Below the pieces are notes generated by a model that worked only from the letters and a program-made list of their open reading frames with translations, ran no database searches and was not told the origin of the DNA. Both the position numbers and the translations under genes were made by a program. DNA of 37,247 nucleotides from an uncultured archaeon (GTDB taxonomy: Archaea > Altiarchaeota > Altiarchaeia > IMC4 > SCGC-AAA252-I15): the NCBI GenBank assembly GCA_964423225.1, contig CAYREE010000005.1, forward strand, positions 1 through 37,247. The letters run 5' to 3'. Numbering within the stretch: the stretch's first letter is position 1; each line of letters opens with the position of its first letter. This document shows, piece by piece, positions 17,764 through 27,162 of this stretch.

Positions 17764-18830
17764 ATTCTCCCCATAATTTTTAGGATTATATTTTTACAAG
17801 GATCTGGTATCAATCCTTTCACTGTTTTAATAATATTATTTATTGATTTATGGATGGTTTTTTGCATGATGATTCCCCGGCCCAGCAAGTAATACAATAT
17901 TTTTTTTAGATTATGGTTGCTAAGATTCATGATCTGATTGTATGTCTTATATCCTAAGGATTCTGTCATCAAGCCTAGTTCTGTCATTTGTTTGCTGTTT
18001 TCATATCTATTCGAATCAGTGTAGTGTAGTTTAAGGTCTTTTATCTCATTGATTTTTTTTGCATAAGCCTTGTAGTTCTCTGCCTTATTCCAGTATGCTT
18101 CCCTAACAGACTCCCTCCTAGCTTTTTCTATGAACTCGGTTGTGAATGGGAAATGCATTAGACATCCTTTTAACCTTGATATTTTCGCATTTTTTATTTT
18201 TTTATTTCCTGCATAGATTCTTATCCTTGGATTGTATTTTACAAGTGGGTATTTGTCTATGAGTGGGTTGATGTCGAATACCCTGTGTCTCATACCACCG
18301 AATTTTTTCCCGTAACTATCGACAATGTTTTCAGGCGGATCGAAGAATGAACAAACCTTCAATGGATCATCGCCTTTATTATATTTTGTCTGAGCAAGGG
18401 GTTTATCACTGTATATATCTAGGAATAGATTGTACATGGCATCACATCCTTCAAGCTCTAGGAATTTCGTCAAGTATCTAAGATCATTCTGCTCATATCC
18501 GGGATAGATTAATAATTCATCTGCATCAACTATGACACACCAGTATCCGATACCGTATTTTTCCAGCATTTGATTCAGCCATTTTGTCCTATTTGTGTCG
18601 GAATATTTTTCAGATGTGTGAAATAAGTGGATGTTGTCATGCTCTGTCAGAATCTCTTTTGTACCATCGCTTGAATCATTGTCCAATATTATGAATCGAT
18701 CCACTCCTATCTGGCAATAATAATCTATGAGGTAAGGCAGTCGAAGTTCCTCGTTTCTAACAACCATGAATAACCGGATCTCGCTTTCAGTACTTTTTTC
18801 TGGTGGACTATTGATCGGTTTCAAGCTCAT
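17760..18830 (-). CDS. Glycosyltransferase family 2-like (Glyco_tranf_2_4 type)
   Basis: VVRNEELRLPY, DNDSSDGT, WCVIVDADELL, GGMRHRVF, KYPLVKY. Confidence 0.88.
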   Translation of the reverse strand: MSLKPINSPPEKSTESEIRLFMVVRNEELRLPYLIDYYCQIGVDRFIILDNDSSDGTKEILTEHDNIHLFHTSEKYSDTNRTKWLNQMLEKYGIGYWCVIVDADELLIYPGYEQNDLRYLTKFLELEGCDAMYNLFLDIYSDKPLAQTKYNKGDDPLKVCSFFDPPENIVDSYGKKFGGMRHRVFDINPLIDKYPLVKYNPRIRIYAGNKKIKNAKISRLKGCLMHFPFTTEFIEKARRESVREAYWNKAENYKAYAKKINEIKDLKLHYTDSNRYENSKQMTELGLMTESLGYKTYNQIMNLSNHNLKKILYYLLGRGIIMQKTIHKSINNIIKTVKGLIPDPCKNIILKIMGRI

Positions 18831-18894
18831 CTGTATTTATTAGGATTAGGAATATTACATAGTTTTATTCTGATCTATCCTATTTTTTTATACT

Positions 18895-19620
18895 ATGGCA
18901 GATGATCCCCAAGCAAGGATGAGGGAAGCAGCAAAATCGTTATATACTAAGGATGGAAATGTTCGAGGTAATAGTCTTGCAGTATTAAGGGAAGGTTCAG
19001 CAAATGGAGATGGTCTGACTGGTGAAATAGTTAACCATCTGGCTATTGGATTAAATGATAATAATCCGGTAATGATGCCTGAACCGGATAGAAGCGTGCT
19101 TACAGGTATGATCAAGGCTGAAGTAGATCGTGGAAAACATTTGAACACGGTAGCAGTTGATTCGCTTGCAGGTTGCCTAGAACAAAGACATGATGCTCTT
19201 CCAAGCGTCCTTAATCCTGGTAAGGACTATTCAGTAATAAAACCCACGCTGGCGAAGGTATTGGAAAATGGGGACAAGATGGGTCATAGAGGTTTTATGT
19301 ATCTATCCAAACTTGCGATGAAAGAAGGGACTTTCGCACCTAACTCACAGTATAGCAATACAATAGATTTAATTGATACGGCAGGAGCAGCAGATCCGGA
19401 TTCTAGATTAATGGCCATGAAATCTTTGGAGGCCGTCCATGCGTTTCTAGACATAACTCCTGAAGATCAACGGCAGGGGCCATATTGGACTTTGAATATC
19501 CGGAGGGTTGAACAGTCTCTTGATAGGTTGAGAAGACCACAGGTTGTGGATGAGTTAAAACCAAATCAGATACTTGAGACTAGAAGACCTTCTTCGCTCA
19601 CAGATACCACTAGACCATAA
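18895..19620 (+). CDS. Hypothetical protein (helical)
   Basis: 241-aa ORF filling the interval, with an AT-rich upstream region and no recognisable motif. Confidence 0.6.
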   Translation: MADDPQARMREAAKSLYTKDGNVRGNSLAVLREGSANGDGLTGEIVNHLAIGLNDNNPVMMPEPDRSVLTGMIKAEVDRGKHLNTVAVDSLAGCLEQRHDALPSVLNPGKDYSVIKPTLAKVLENGDKMGHRGFMYLSKLAMKEGTFAPNSQYSNTIDLIDTAGAADPDSRLMAMKSLEAVHAFLDITPEDQRQGPYWTLNIRRVEQSLDRLRRPQVVDELKPNQILETRRPSSLTDTTRP

Positions 19621-19690
19621 AAAAACTTATATAATATAAATATTTCTTGTATATTATTATTTATTTTTTGTTTTTATTTGTTTTTTACCC

Positions 19691-19786
19691 ATGTTTTATC
19701 CTACTATGATGGCTAAAGAGACTGGATTATATGGACGAATGATTCTACGCTTGATTAGCATAGCTGCCATCATTATTGGGCTTTGA
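19691..19786 (+). CDS. Short upstream ORF, candidate Ile-rich leader peptide of cimA
   Basis: Reads MFYPTMMAKETGLYGRMILRLISIAAIIIGL*. From the in-frame ATG at 19739 it is 15 aa with 6 Ile and 3 Leu. Confidence 0.4.
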   Translation: MFYPTMMAKETGLYGRMILRLISIAAIIIGL

Positions 19787-19831
19787 TGCCCTCTACTACA
19801 CACTAACATTCATAGGATAAAAAAATTAAGA

Positions 19832-19882
19832 ACTGCAGCGTTTCATTTCTTTTTTCTTGTTGCAGTACAATCAATAAGGAGG
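19832..19882 (+). promoter_or_regulatory. Leader hairpin with U-rich loop, followed by the Shine-Dalgarno of cimA
   Basis: ACTGCAGC (19832-19839) pairs with GTTGCAGT (19859-19866) around a pyrimidine tract. AAGGAGG at 19876-19882 ends 7 nt before the ATG. Confidence 0.5.
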
Positions 19883-19889
19883 ATCATAA

Positions 19890-21365
19890 ATGGCAAAAAT
19901 ACTATTTCACGATACGACCCTAAGAGATGGGGAGCAGACGCCGGGTGTCAGCTTGACTCCCGACGAGAAGATAAAGATAGCTAAGGCCTTGGACGATCTT
20001 GGAGTCGATGTGATAGAAGCTGGTAGCGCGATAACAAGCGATGGAGAGCGTGAGAGCATAAAATGCATATCTACTGAAGGATTGAAGGCAGAAGTCTCAA
20101 GTTTCGCACGGATATTGAAAAGCGATATCGACTTGGCGTTAGGATGCGATGTACAATCCATATTTCTAGTGGTTCCGACAAGCGACCTTCATCTAAAGCA
20201 TAAGCTAAGGACTACAAGAGAGAAAATACTAGGGCAAGTCACGGAACTAGTAGGATACTGTAAGGATCATGGCGTTAAAGTTGACTTATGCTGCGAGGAT
20301 GGCTCTAGGACAGACCTGGATTTCTTGAAAAAAGTTATGAAGACTGGACTGAATGCTGGCATTGATCGTTTTACAATGGCAGATACTGTCGGCGTCCTCA
20401 ATCCTGAGCAGACCCAGGAATTATTCGGAAAGCTCACGAAGAATGCTAAGATACCAATTGGTTTCCATGGACACAATGATTTTGGAATGGCCACGGCAAA
20501 TACAGTGATGGCAGTTAAAGGTGGGGCAAGGATAGTCGATGTCACAATAAATGGATTGGGCGAGCGGGCAGGCAACGCTGCTCTTGAAGAGGTTGCAGTT
20601 GCATTAAGGCTTACGACCGGCCATAAATTCAATGTGAAGATAGAGAAACTCACTAAGATCAGTGAGATGGTGGAAAAATTGACTGGCATCCCGCTTCAAC
20701 CCAATAAGGCAGTTGTCGGAGAGCATGCATTCACCCATGAGGCAGGCATACATGTTGACGGCATATTGAAGAAACCGTCTACTTACGAGCCGATAAAGCC
20801 TGAGATAGTCGGAGGAAAGAGAAGATTCGTCTTAGGCAAGCATGTTGGATTCAAGTCTGTGAAAAGCATGTTGGAATCAGCGGGGATAGATATGGATAAG
20901 GATCAGATGGTGCAAGTCTATGAGCAAGTCAAGTATCTGGGCGACAAGGGGAAGAAAGTAACTTCCGTAGATCTTGAGACGATCGCTAACACCGTATTGG
21001 GTAAGAGTGAGGAGAGGGCTTTACATCTTGACGAGCTTGTAACTGTTGCAGGAAACAAGTTCACTCCGACAGCTTCAGTAAAGCTTCAAATGAACGGCGA
21101 TTCTGTTGTCACATCAAGCACGGGCACAGGCCCTGTTGATGCGGCCATCAATGCAATCAAGATAGCGACAAAAGATGTTCCATTCGAGCTTATCGAATAT
21201 CATGTGGACTCAGTCAGCGGAGGAACTGATGCGATGGTCAGCATTACTGTGAAGCTTAAGAGCAAGGGCAAGATGGTGACGGCTCAAGGAGTTGGCGCCG
21301 ACATTGTATTAGCATCTGTTGAAGCAATGATCAATGGCTTGAACTCGATTATGCTTAAGAAATAG
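19890..21365 (+). CDS. cimA: (R)-citramalate synthase (DRE-TIM metallolyase, LeuA/CimA family)
   Basis: DTTLRDGEQ, IEAGSAITS (archaeal CimA-type; LeuA has EAGFP), VVPTS, HxHNDFG, GERAGNA, HEAGIHVDG and a C-terminal regulatory domain with GPVDA. Confidence 0.88.
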   Translation: MAKILFHDTTLRDGEQTPGVSLTPDEKIKIAKALDDLGVDVIEAGSAITSDGERESIKCISTEGLKAEVSSFARILKSDIDLALGCDVQSIFLVVPTSDLHLKHKLRTTREKILGQVTELVGYCKDHGVKVDLCCEDGSRTDLDFLKKVMKTGLNAGIDRFTMADTVGVLNPEQTQELFGKLTKNAKIPIGFHGHNDFGMATANTVMAVKGGARIVDVTINGLGERAGNAALEEVAVALRLTTGHKFNVKIEKLTKISEMVEKLTGIPLQPNKAVVGEHAFTHEAGIHVDGILKKPSTYEPIKPEIVGGKRRFVLGKHVGFKSVKSMLESAGIDMDKDQMVQVYEQVKYLGDKGKKVTSVDLETIANTVLGKSEERALHLDELVTVAGNKFTPTASVKLQMNGDSVVTSSTGTGPVDAAINAIKIATKDVPFELIEYHVDSVSGGTDAMVSITVKLKSKGKMVTAQGVGADIVLASVEAMINGLNSIMLKK

Positions 21366-21371
21366 TATGGG

Positions 21372-21401
21372 TGGAGGATAATTGATCCTCCATTTTTTTT
21401 T
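21372..21401 (+). terminator. Hairpin plus T-tract terminator after cimA
   Basis: TGGAGGAT-aattg-ATCCTCCA perfect 8-bp stem followed by nine T, between convergent genes. Confidence 0.75.
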
Positions 21402-22920
21402 ATTTTTTATCTTGTTGCATTTCTCTAAGCCGTTCAGCTTCCATACCCCTATCATATTCAGCGAACAAATCTGTTGCTTTTCCAAACTTCATGAATCTGG
21501 GATTTGATGCAGCTGCAATATAGAACATGTTGGCCCGTCCATCCACGTCGCTCATGCATTTTAACTGGGGTAGATGACCGTCTGCACCTAATCTTGTCTC
21601 ATATGCGAATGATGCGATATTCTTGGTCTCAGCCCACTTGAGCATCTTATCATCACTCATACCTGTATAGTGAAAGTATGTGTAGACCCATGCATCATCT
21701 TTGATCTTCGTTAGTTCATCGCCCATAGGCTCTTTCACTCCCTTGAGAATATCTGCATTTCTTAAGATATCATCCCGTTCCTTGATCTTGGCTCCCATAG
21801 CAATATAATCTTCGTCATTATGTCCCGCTCCTTTTCCTCCACCGCGTTCGATCCATAACTCGAGGTCTATCCCGTCAGCTTTCGCCTGGTCAACGACTTT
21901 TTTTACTCCCGCTGGTGTGAGTGCGATACGATTCTCGAAATCCTTGATCTCTGCTGCTACTCCGAGAATTATCTTACCGTCTTGTGCGGTATATGGTACT
22001 TGTCCGATAGCGTCATCTGGACTAACATGAGTACGTTCAAAATATCCTGCAACTGCCTTATCAGTTACTTTTCCACCCCAAGTGTTTAACGCAGTCTTTA
22101 TTAGCGGGTCCTCGTCAAGGATATGTGTTCCCTGAGACCTTGCCTTGATTAACCGAATAGTATCCTCTAATGTTGCTGCTTCAAGCTGTTGTGATGCATA
22201 GCCTGCAGTATAGATAGAACCCGGCACGTTTGCGACAGCATAACCAGGAGATCCGCAAATGCATACGAATGGTTGGTTATGATTTGTAGCAGTTATTCCT
22301 TCGACTCCACCGCCCTGGTCGATCTGAGCATCAGCAATCACCAAAGCATTTGCTCCAACATCTGTCCGAGCCTGATTGATCGAGGCAAGCCTGTCCTGTG
22401 TCAATAATGTTGGTGCTCGCCCGCCTTTGACTAATGCGCCAAGGGCCACACCGATAGTGTCCTTTGAAGATAAAATCTCGTTTATCCTATCTTGAGCGCC
22501 CCCCTCATTCGAGTTTATGTATGTTACTCCATCTTCTCCAAACTCGTTTCTTCTGGTTGCAAGCACATCATCGTTTATATCTATGAATACTACGTTCGCT
22601 CCCATCTGGCGTGCGATCGTTGCAGTGCCTTTTCCAACGTCTCCTGCACCCCATGCCACTACGGTCTTGCCTTTGACATGTTCGAAAAGCTCTTGTTCAT
22701 CAGGTGCATTCGGAAAATTCTTAAATAATGGTTTGAGCTCTCGTCTATTAATCCTGTATCCTAGCCCTTCCCCCATATCATGGGGCTTACTATCTAATAC
22801 TCCATACAGAGTTGAGATAAGTTGAACTTGGCTCATGGCTCCATGTGAGACAGAAGCCCTTCCTGCAGGATAAGGACTCTCCTTCCTTCCTCCTTCCACA
22901 CTTTCAATATTTTGCGACAT
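21400..22920 (-). CDS. ald: Alanine dehydrogenase (AlaDH/PNT family), circularly permuted
   Basis: NAD-binding-domain motifs (WGAGDVG, IDIN, APTLLT, IDQGG, YAVANVPG, ALNTWGGKVT) come before substrate-domain motifs (LGVAAEIKDFENRIALTP, VKEP, YFHY, AYET, LPQLKCMS ... GR). ATG at 22920 preferred; the ORF is open to 22968. Confidence 0.85.
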   Translation of the reverse strand: MSQNIESVEGGRKESPYPAGRASVSHGAMSQVQLISTLYGVLDSKPHDMGEGLGYRINRRELKPLFKNFPNAPDEQELFEHVKGKTVVAWGAGDVGKGTATIARQMGANVVFIDINDDVLATRRNEFGEDGVTYINSNEGGAQDRINEILSSKDTIGVALGALVKGGRAPTLLTQDRLASINQARTDVGANALVIADAQIDQGGGVEGITATNHNQPFVCICGSPGYAVANVPGSIYTAGYASQQLEAATLEDTIRLIKARSQGTHILDEDPLIKTALNTWGGKVTDKAVAGYFERTHVSPDDAIGQVPYTAQDGKIILGVAAEIKDFENRIALTPAGVKKVVDQAKADGIDLELWIERGGGKGAGHNDEDYIAMGAKIKERDDILRNADILKGVKEPMGDELTKIKDDAWVYTYFHYTGMSDDKMLKWAETKNIASFAYETRLGADGHLPQLKCMSDVDGRANMFYIAAASNPRFMKFGKATDLFAEYDRGMEAERLREMQQDKK

Positions 22921-22976
22921 CGTATCAACTATCTGGAAGTTTGCAGTAATAAAATCCTTATGATTCAACTTTTATC

Positions 22977-23984
22977 CTACTTTACTACTAGTCTGATCAA
23001 TGATGTGAACGGTATCATCCTTCTAAATAAAACCGATTTAATGAATATCGTCAGGGATTTTACAGGCCATTTCATCACATGTCTGAATGCAACCAGGTCC
23101 ATCCAGTCGGCTGTATAGCGTTTCAACACTTTTTTATCATGTGGTTCTATGTCTTGGTCTTGAATATACTTCGAGTAGATCTGATTAATCAAACTATATA
23201 ATATTGTTAGCTCTTCTGGTTTTTCAAGTTTTTTCCCATTGATGAATCTGAATAGGTATTCGGAAGTACTGGCTGATGGTTCTATTCCTATTATCGTCTT
23301 TAACGCCATTCGATGTGTTTTCCTCCAGGACTCATACATGTTTCCATATTCTTTACTTGTTTTTGTCTGATCGTGTCTCCTACGTTTTATCAAATACTCG
23401 GATATGTTCGAGAATCTTGTTTTCGTGCTGAGCCTTACCCATAGGTCATAGTCTTCAGCAGTTACTTGATTATACGTAGTATTCCCATCAATGATATCAG
23501 TTCTCATCATCAATGAGGGATGGCATAGCTGACTAAGGAAGCAAAAAGTATAGCGTATCAAGGTATCAGATGAAAACAAATCCCATTTATTGATCGATTT
23601 TCCATGATCGTCTATGAATTGTATGTAAGAGCCTACGACTCCAACTTCAGGATTATTCTCAAGGTAATCCACTTGTTTCTCAAACCTTCTAACCTCGGAG
23701 ATATCATCAGCATCCATCCTGGCAATGTATCTCCCTGATGCTTTTCTAATGCCCCTGTTAAGAGATGAAGCGACACCCTGGATTTTCTCATTCTCTAGGA
23801 TTATGACGCGTTTATCAATCTCACAGAATTCATCAAGGATTTCTCCTGTATCATCTGTTGAACCATCGTTGATTATTATCAATTCGAAGTCTTTAAAGGT
23901 CTGGTTGATGATGCTTTCAATAGATCTTCTGAGATATTTCTCACAATTATACGTTGGAACTATTACGCTTACTACTGGGTCCAT
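22977..23984 (-). CDS. Glycosyltransferase family 2
   Basis: VSVIVPTYN, NDGSTD, YIARMDADD, HPS, AEDYDLW. ATG at 23984 preferred. Confidence 0.93.
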   Translation of the reverse strand: MDPVVSVIVPTYNCEKYLRRSIESIINQTFKDFELIIINDGSTDDTGEILDEFCEIDKRVIILENEKIQGVASSLNRGIRKASGRYIARMDADDISEVRRFEKQVDYLENNPEVGVVGSYIQFIDDHGKSINKWDLFSSDTLIRYTFCFLSQLCHPSLMMRTDIIDGNTTYNQVTAEDYDLWVRLSTKTRFSNISEYLIKRRRHDQTKTSKEYGNMYESWRKTHRMALKTIIGIEPSASTSEYLFRFINGKKLEKPEELTILYSLINQIYSKYIQDQDIEPHDKKVLKRYTADWMDLVAFRHVMKWPVKSLTIFIKSVLFRRMIPFTSLIRLVVK

Positions 23985-24076
23985 CGAATTCAATAGGTTT
24001 TCTATTATTAAAACAAGTGTTTTCAAATATATCTATAATATCATTTTTTATATCTAAAGGAAATATTGTATGCATT

Positions 24077-25324
24077 ATGTCAAATATCACTGAAAAAATC
24101 CTCTCGAAAAAGTCTGGGAAGAAAAATATCTCACCAGGAGACATAGTTGAAGCTGAAGTAGACTATGTCATGGTCAATGATGTTACCGGCCTTCCAGCCT
24201 TTAAGGTTTTCGAGGAATTCAATACTAATCCTATCGACGAGAAGACTGTATTGATACCTGATCATTATGTTCCGAATAAGGATGTGGCGTCAGCTAATCA
24301 GGCTAAGGCTATGCGGGATTTCGCAAGTAAATATGATGTCTCGAATTATTTCGAGGTGGGTCGAAGCGGTGTATGCCATCAGCTAATGATCGAGAAGGGT
24401 TTTGTAGCTCCCGGCAGGCTAATCGTCGGAGCTGACTCACATACATGTAGTTACGGTGCACTAGGTTGTTTTTCAACTGGTATCGGAAGCACAGAAGCAG
24501 CTGCAGTAATGGCCACTGGAAAGCTATGGTTCAGGGTTCCGGAGTCGATGAAGATCACGGTTGATGGACTGCTAGGCGATTATGTGATGGGAAAAGACAT
24601 AATCCTGCATGTTATCGGTGACATCGGTGTGGACGGGGCATTATACAAGTCTATGGAATGGTATGGTAGTTCAATAGAATCACTTGGTGTTGCAGACCGG
24701 ATATCAATCAGTAATATGGCGATCGAGGCAGGAGGAAAGGCAGGAATAATACCTGCTGATAATAAGGTCGATGAATACTTGAAAGATCGGGTTATTGGAG
24801 GCTATGAGAAAGTCTTTGCTGATAAGGACGCGGTTTATTCTGATATCCTGGATTATGATTCAAAGGATATTGTGCCAACTATTTCCGAGCCTTTCTTGCC
24901 TGAGAATTCTAAACCCGCTTCAGAATCCGATGTAGTAATAGATCAGGCATACATTGGTTCTTGCACGAATGGAAGAATAGAGGATTTTAGGATTGCCGCA
25001 AAAATACTGAAAGGCAAGAAGGTAGCTAAGGATGTTAGACTAATGATAGTCCCCGCCTCTCATGATATCATGGATCAGATGATAGAGGAAGGATTATACA
25101 AGGTCTTCAGCGATGCAAACGCGTATATCTCAGGACCTACGTGTGGTGCGTGTCTTGGCGGATACATGGGCGTTCTTGCCGATCAGGAAGTCTGTGTGAG
25201 CACGACTAATAGGAACTTCATAGGTAGGATGGGGCATAAGAACAGTAAAGTATATCTTGCGAATCCTGCTGTTGTCGCAGCATCAGCATTAACAGGGAGG
25301 ATAACGGATCCACAGGATCTATGA
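24077..25324 (+). CDS. leuC: 3-isopropylmalate/citramalate dehydratase large subunit
   Basis: TEKIL, DH, GVCHQ, GADSHTCSYGA, IGSCTNGR, CGACLGG, STTNRNF. ATG at 24077. Confidence 0.95.
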   Translation: MSNITEKILSKKSGKKNISPGDIVEAEVDYVMVNDVTGLPAFKVFEEFNTNPIDEKTVLIPDHYVPNKDVASANQAKAMRDFASKYDVSNYFEVGRSGVCHQLMIEKGFVAPGRLIVGADSHTCSYGALGCFSTGIGSTEAAAVMATGKLWFRVPESMKITVDGLLGDYVMGKDIILHVIGDIGVDGALYKSMEWYGSSIESLGVADRISISNMAIEAGGKAGIIPADNKVDEYLKDRVIGGYEKVFADKDAVYSDILDYDSKDIVPTISEPFLPENSKPASESDVVIDQAYIGSCTNGRIEDFRIAAKILKGKKVAKDVRLMIVPASHDIMDQMIEEGLYKVFSDANAYISGPTCGACLGGYMGVLADQEVCVSTTNRNFIGRMGHKNSKVYLANPAVVAASALTGRITDPQDL

Positions 25325-25617
25325 ATAAGATGACGGATATTACGATTAGAGACGAGTTGGCTTTAGAAAGAACGTATCTAGCAAAAGAAAGGACAGTACT
25401 AGCATATGCGAGAACCGGGATAGCCGCTATCACGCTCTCACTTGCTATAATCAAGCTTTTTGATATTAATCAACTAGAACAGATCCTAGTCATCATGTTT
25501 TTATTTGTCCCAGGATTAGTGGCTACATTATATGGTATAATCAAGGCATTCACTAGCCATAGAAAATACACTGATCTAGAAAAGAAGGTAGAGGAAGAGA
25601 TAAGCGAAGATGACTAA
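25321..25617 (+). CDS. DUF202 (YidH-like) small membrane protein
   Basis: RDELALERTYLAKERTVLAYARTG followed by two TMs. Overlaps both neighbours. Confidence 0.88.
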   Translation: MNKMTDITIRDELALERTYLAKERTVLAYARTGIAAITLSLAIIKLFDINQLEQILVIMFLFVPGLVATLYGIIKAFTSHRKYTDLEKKVEEEISEDD

Positions 25618-26101
25618 TATGATCGGAAAAACCTGGAAGTTTGGAAGTAACGTTGATACTGACCAGATCATACCTGCTGAATACCTTGTGACAGGAGATC
25701 CGAAAGAACTTGCAAAACACGCTTTTGAAAAAGTTCGAACAGAGTTCGCATCGGAAGTTAAACCTGGGGACGTTATAATTGCAGATGATAACTTCGGTTG
25801 CGGATCCAGCCGGGAACATGCGCCAAGGGCATTGATGGGTGCGGGAGTATCCTGTGTTATCGCCAAAAGCTTTGCACGCATCTACTTTAGAAACAGCATC
25901 AACCTAGGATTTCCAGCTATTGAATGCGATGTACAAGCCTCGGATGGTGATGAGATAGAAGTAGACTATTCTGGGGGGAAAGTCCGGAACCTCACCACTA
26001 AAAAAGAGTATGAATTCAAACCGCTACCACCATTCCTATTAAACCTGATGGAATCAGGTGGGCTTGTAGAATACGTGAAAAAACAATTAGAAAAAAAATG
26101 A
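25610..26101 (+). CDS. leuD: 3-isopropylmalate/citramalate dehydratase small subunit
   Basis: [30 protein letters not shown]. Confidence 0.96.
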   Translation: MTNMIGKTWKFGSNVDTDQIIPAEYLVTGDPKELAKHAFEKVRTEFASEVKPGDVIIADDNFGCGSSREHAPRALMGAGVSCVIAKSFARIYFRNSINLGFPAIECDVQASDGDEIEVDYSGGKVRNLTTKKEYEFKPLPPFLLNLMESGGLVEYVKKQLEKK

Positions 26102-27162
26102 AATACAAGATCGCAGTTTTACCTGGAGACGGGATCGGACCCGAGATCATGGATGAAGCAATAAAGGTTCTTGATACAGTCACAAAGAAACAATCAATAG
26201 AATTCGAGTATACTGAAGCAGACATCGGTGGGATTGCCATAGACAATCATGGAGCGGCTCTACCAAAGGAGACGATCAAGGTATGCGAATCATCTGATGC
26301 AATACTGTTGGGTGCTGTTGGAGGACCAAAATGGGAGTCCCTACCACCGGAAGAACAACCTGAGCGCGCTGCCTTACTTCCTCTCAGAAAGCATTTCGAC
26401 TTATACGCCAATCTTAGACCCGCAAAGATTTTCATGGAGTTGTCTGGAAGCTCTCCGCTAAAGGAGGAGATAATCGGGGATGGCTTGGATATACTCATTG
26501 TCCGTGAGCTTACTAGTGGAATATATTTTGGCCAACCAAAGGGTATTGAAGGTGATAAAGGCTATGATACTCTAGTATACAAAAAGAGCGAGGTAGAAAG
26601 AATAGCACGTCTCGCATTTGAAGCCGCAATGAAACGAGGCAAAAAGTTAACTTCAATAGACAAGGCTAATGTGTTAAGCTCGATGGTATTGTGGAGGCAG
26701 ACTGTAAACGAGGTTTCGAAAGACTATCCTACTGTCGAATACTCTGATATGTATGTTGACAATGCATCACAACAACTCGTCCGCAATCCAAAACAGTTCG
26801 ACGTCATCCTAGCAGGAAACATGTTCGGAGACATCTTAAGCGATGAGGCAGCAGTAATAACCGGGAGTCTTGGAATGCTTCCGTCAGCAAGCCTGAATGA
26901 ATCCAATTTCGGATTATACGAGCCAGTACACGGATCTGCACCAGATATAGCAGGTCAGGGCAAGGCAAATCCAATAGCACAAGTCATGTCAGCTGCCATG
27001 ATGTTGAAATACTCATTCGATCTTGATGAGGAGGCAAAGATGATAGAAGATTCAGTACAAAAAGTATTATCTGATGGTTATCGTACTTCCGACATAATGC
27101 AAGAGGGTAAAAAACTCGTTGACACTAAAAAGATTGGAGACCTGATTGCAGGTGGAATCTGA
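26098..27162 (+). CDS. leuB: 3-isopropylmalate dehydrogenase (bacterial-type)
   Basis: [68 protein letters not shown]. Confidence 0.96.
   Translation: MKYKIAVLPGDGIGPEIMDEAIKVLDTVTKKQSIEFEYTEADIGGIAIDNHGAALPKETIKVCESSDAILLGAVGGPKWESLPPEEQPERAALLPLRKHFDLYANLRPAKIFMELSGSSPLKEEIIGDGLDILIVRELTSGIYFGQPKGIEGDKGYDTLVYKKSEVERIARLAFEAAMKRGKKLTSIDKANVLSSMVLWRQTVNEVSKDYPTVEYSDMYVDNASQQLVRNPKQFDVILAGNMFGDILSDEAAVITGSLGMLPSASLNESNFGLYEPVHGSAPDIAGQGKANPIAQVMSAAMMLKYSFDLDEEAKMIEDSVQKVLSDGYRTSDIMQEGKKLVDTKKIGDLIAGGI

Noticed and set aside
19890-21365. Calling this gene leuA or aksA
   Set aside because: EAGSAITS and VVPTS fit archaeal CimA better than LeuA, and the C-terminal regulatory domain argues against AksA.
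23954-24076. Apparent head-to-head overlap of leuC and the GT2 gene
   Set aside because: Artefact of longest-ORF starts. Motif-supported ATGs at 24077 and 23984 leave an AT-rich divergent promoter gap.
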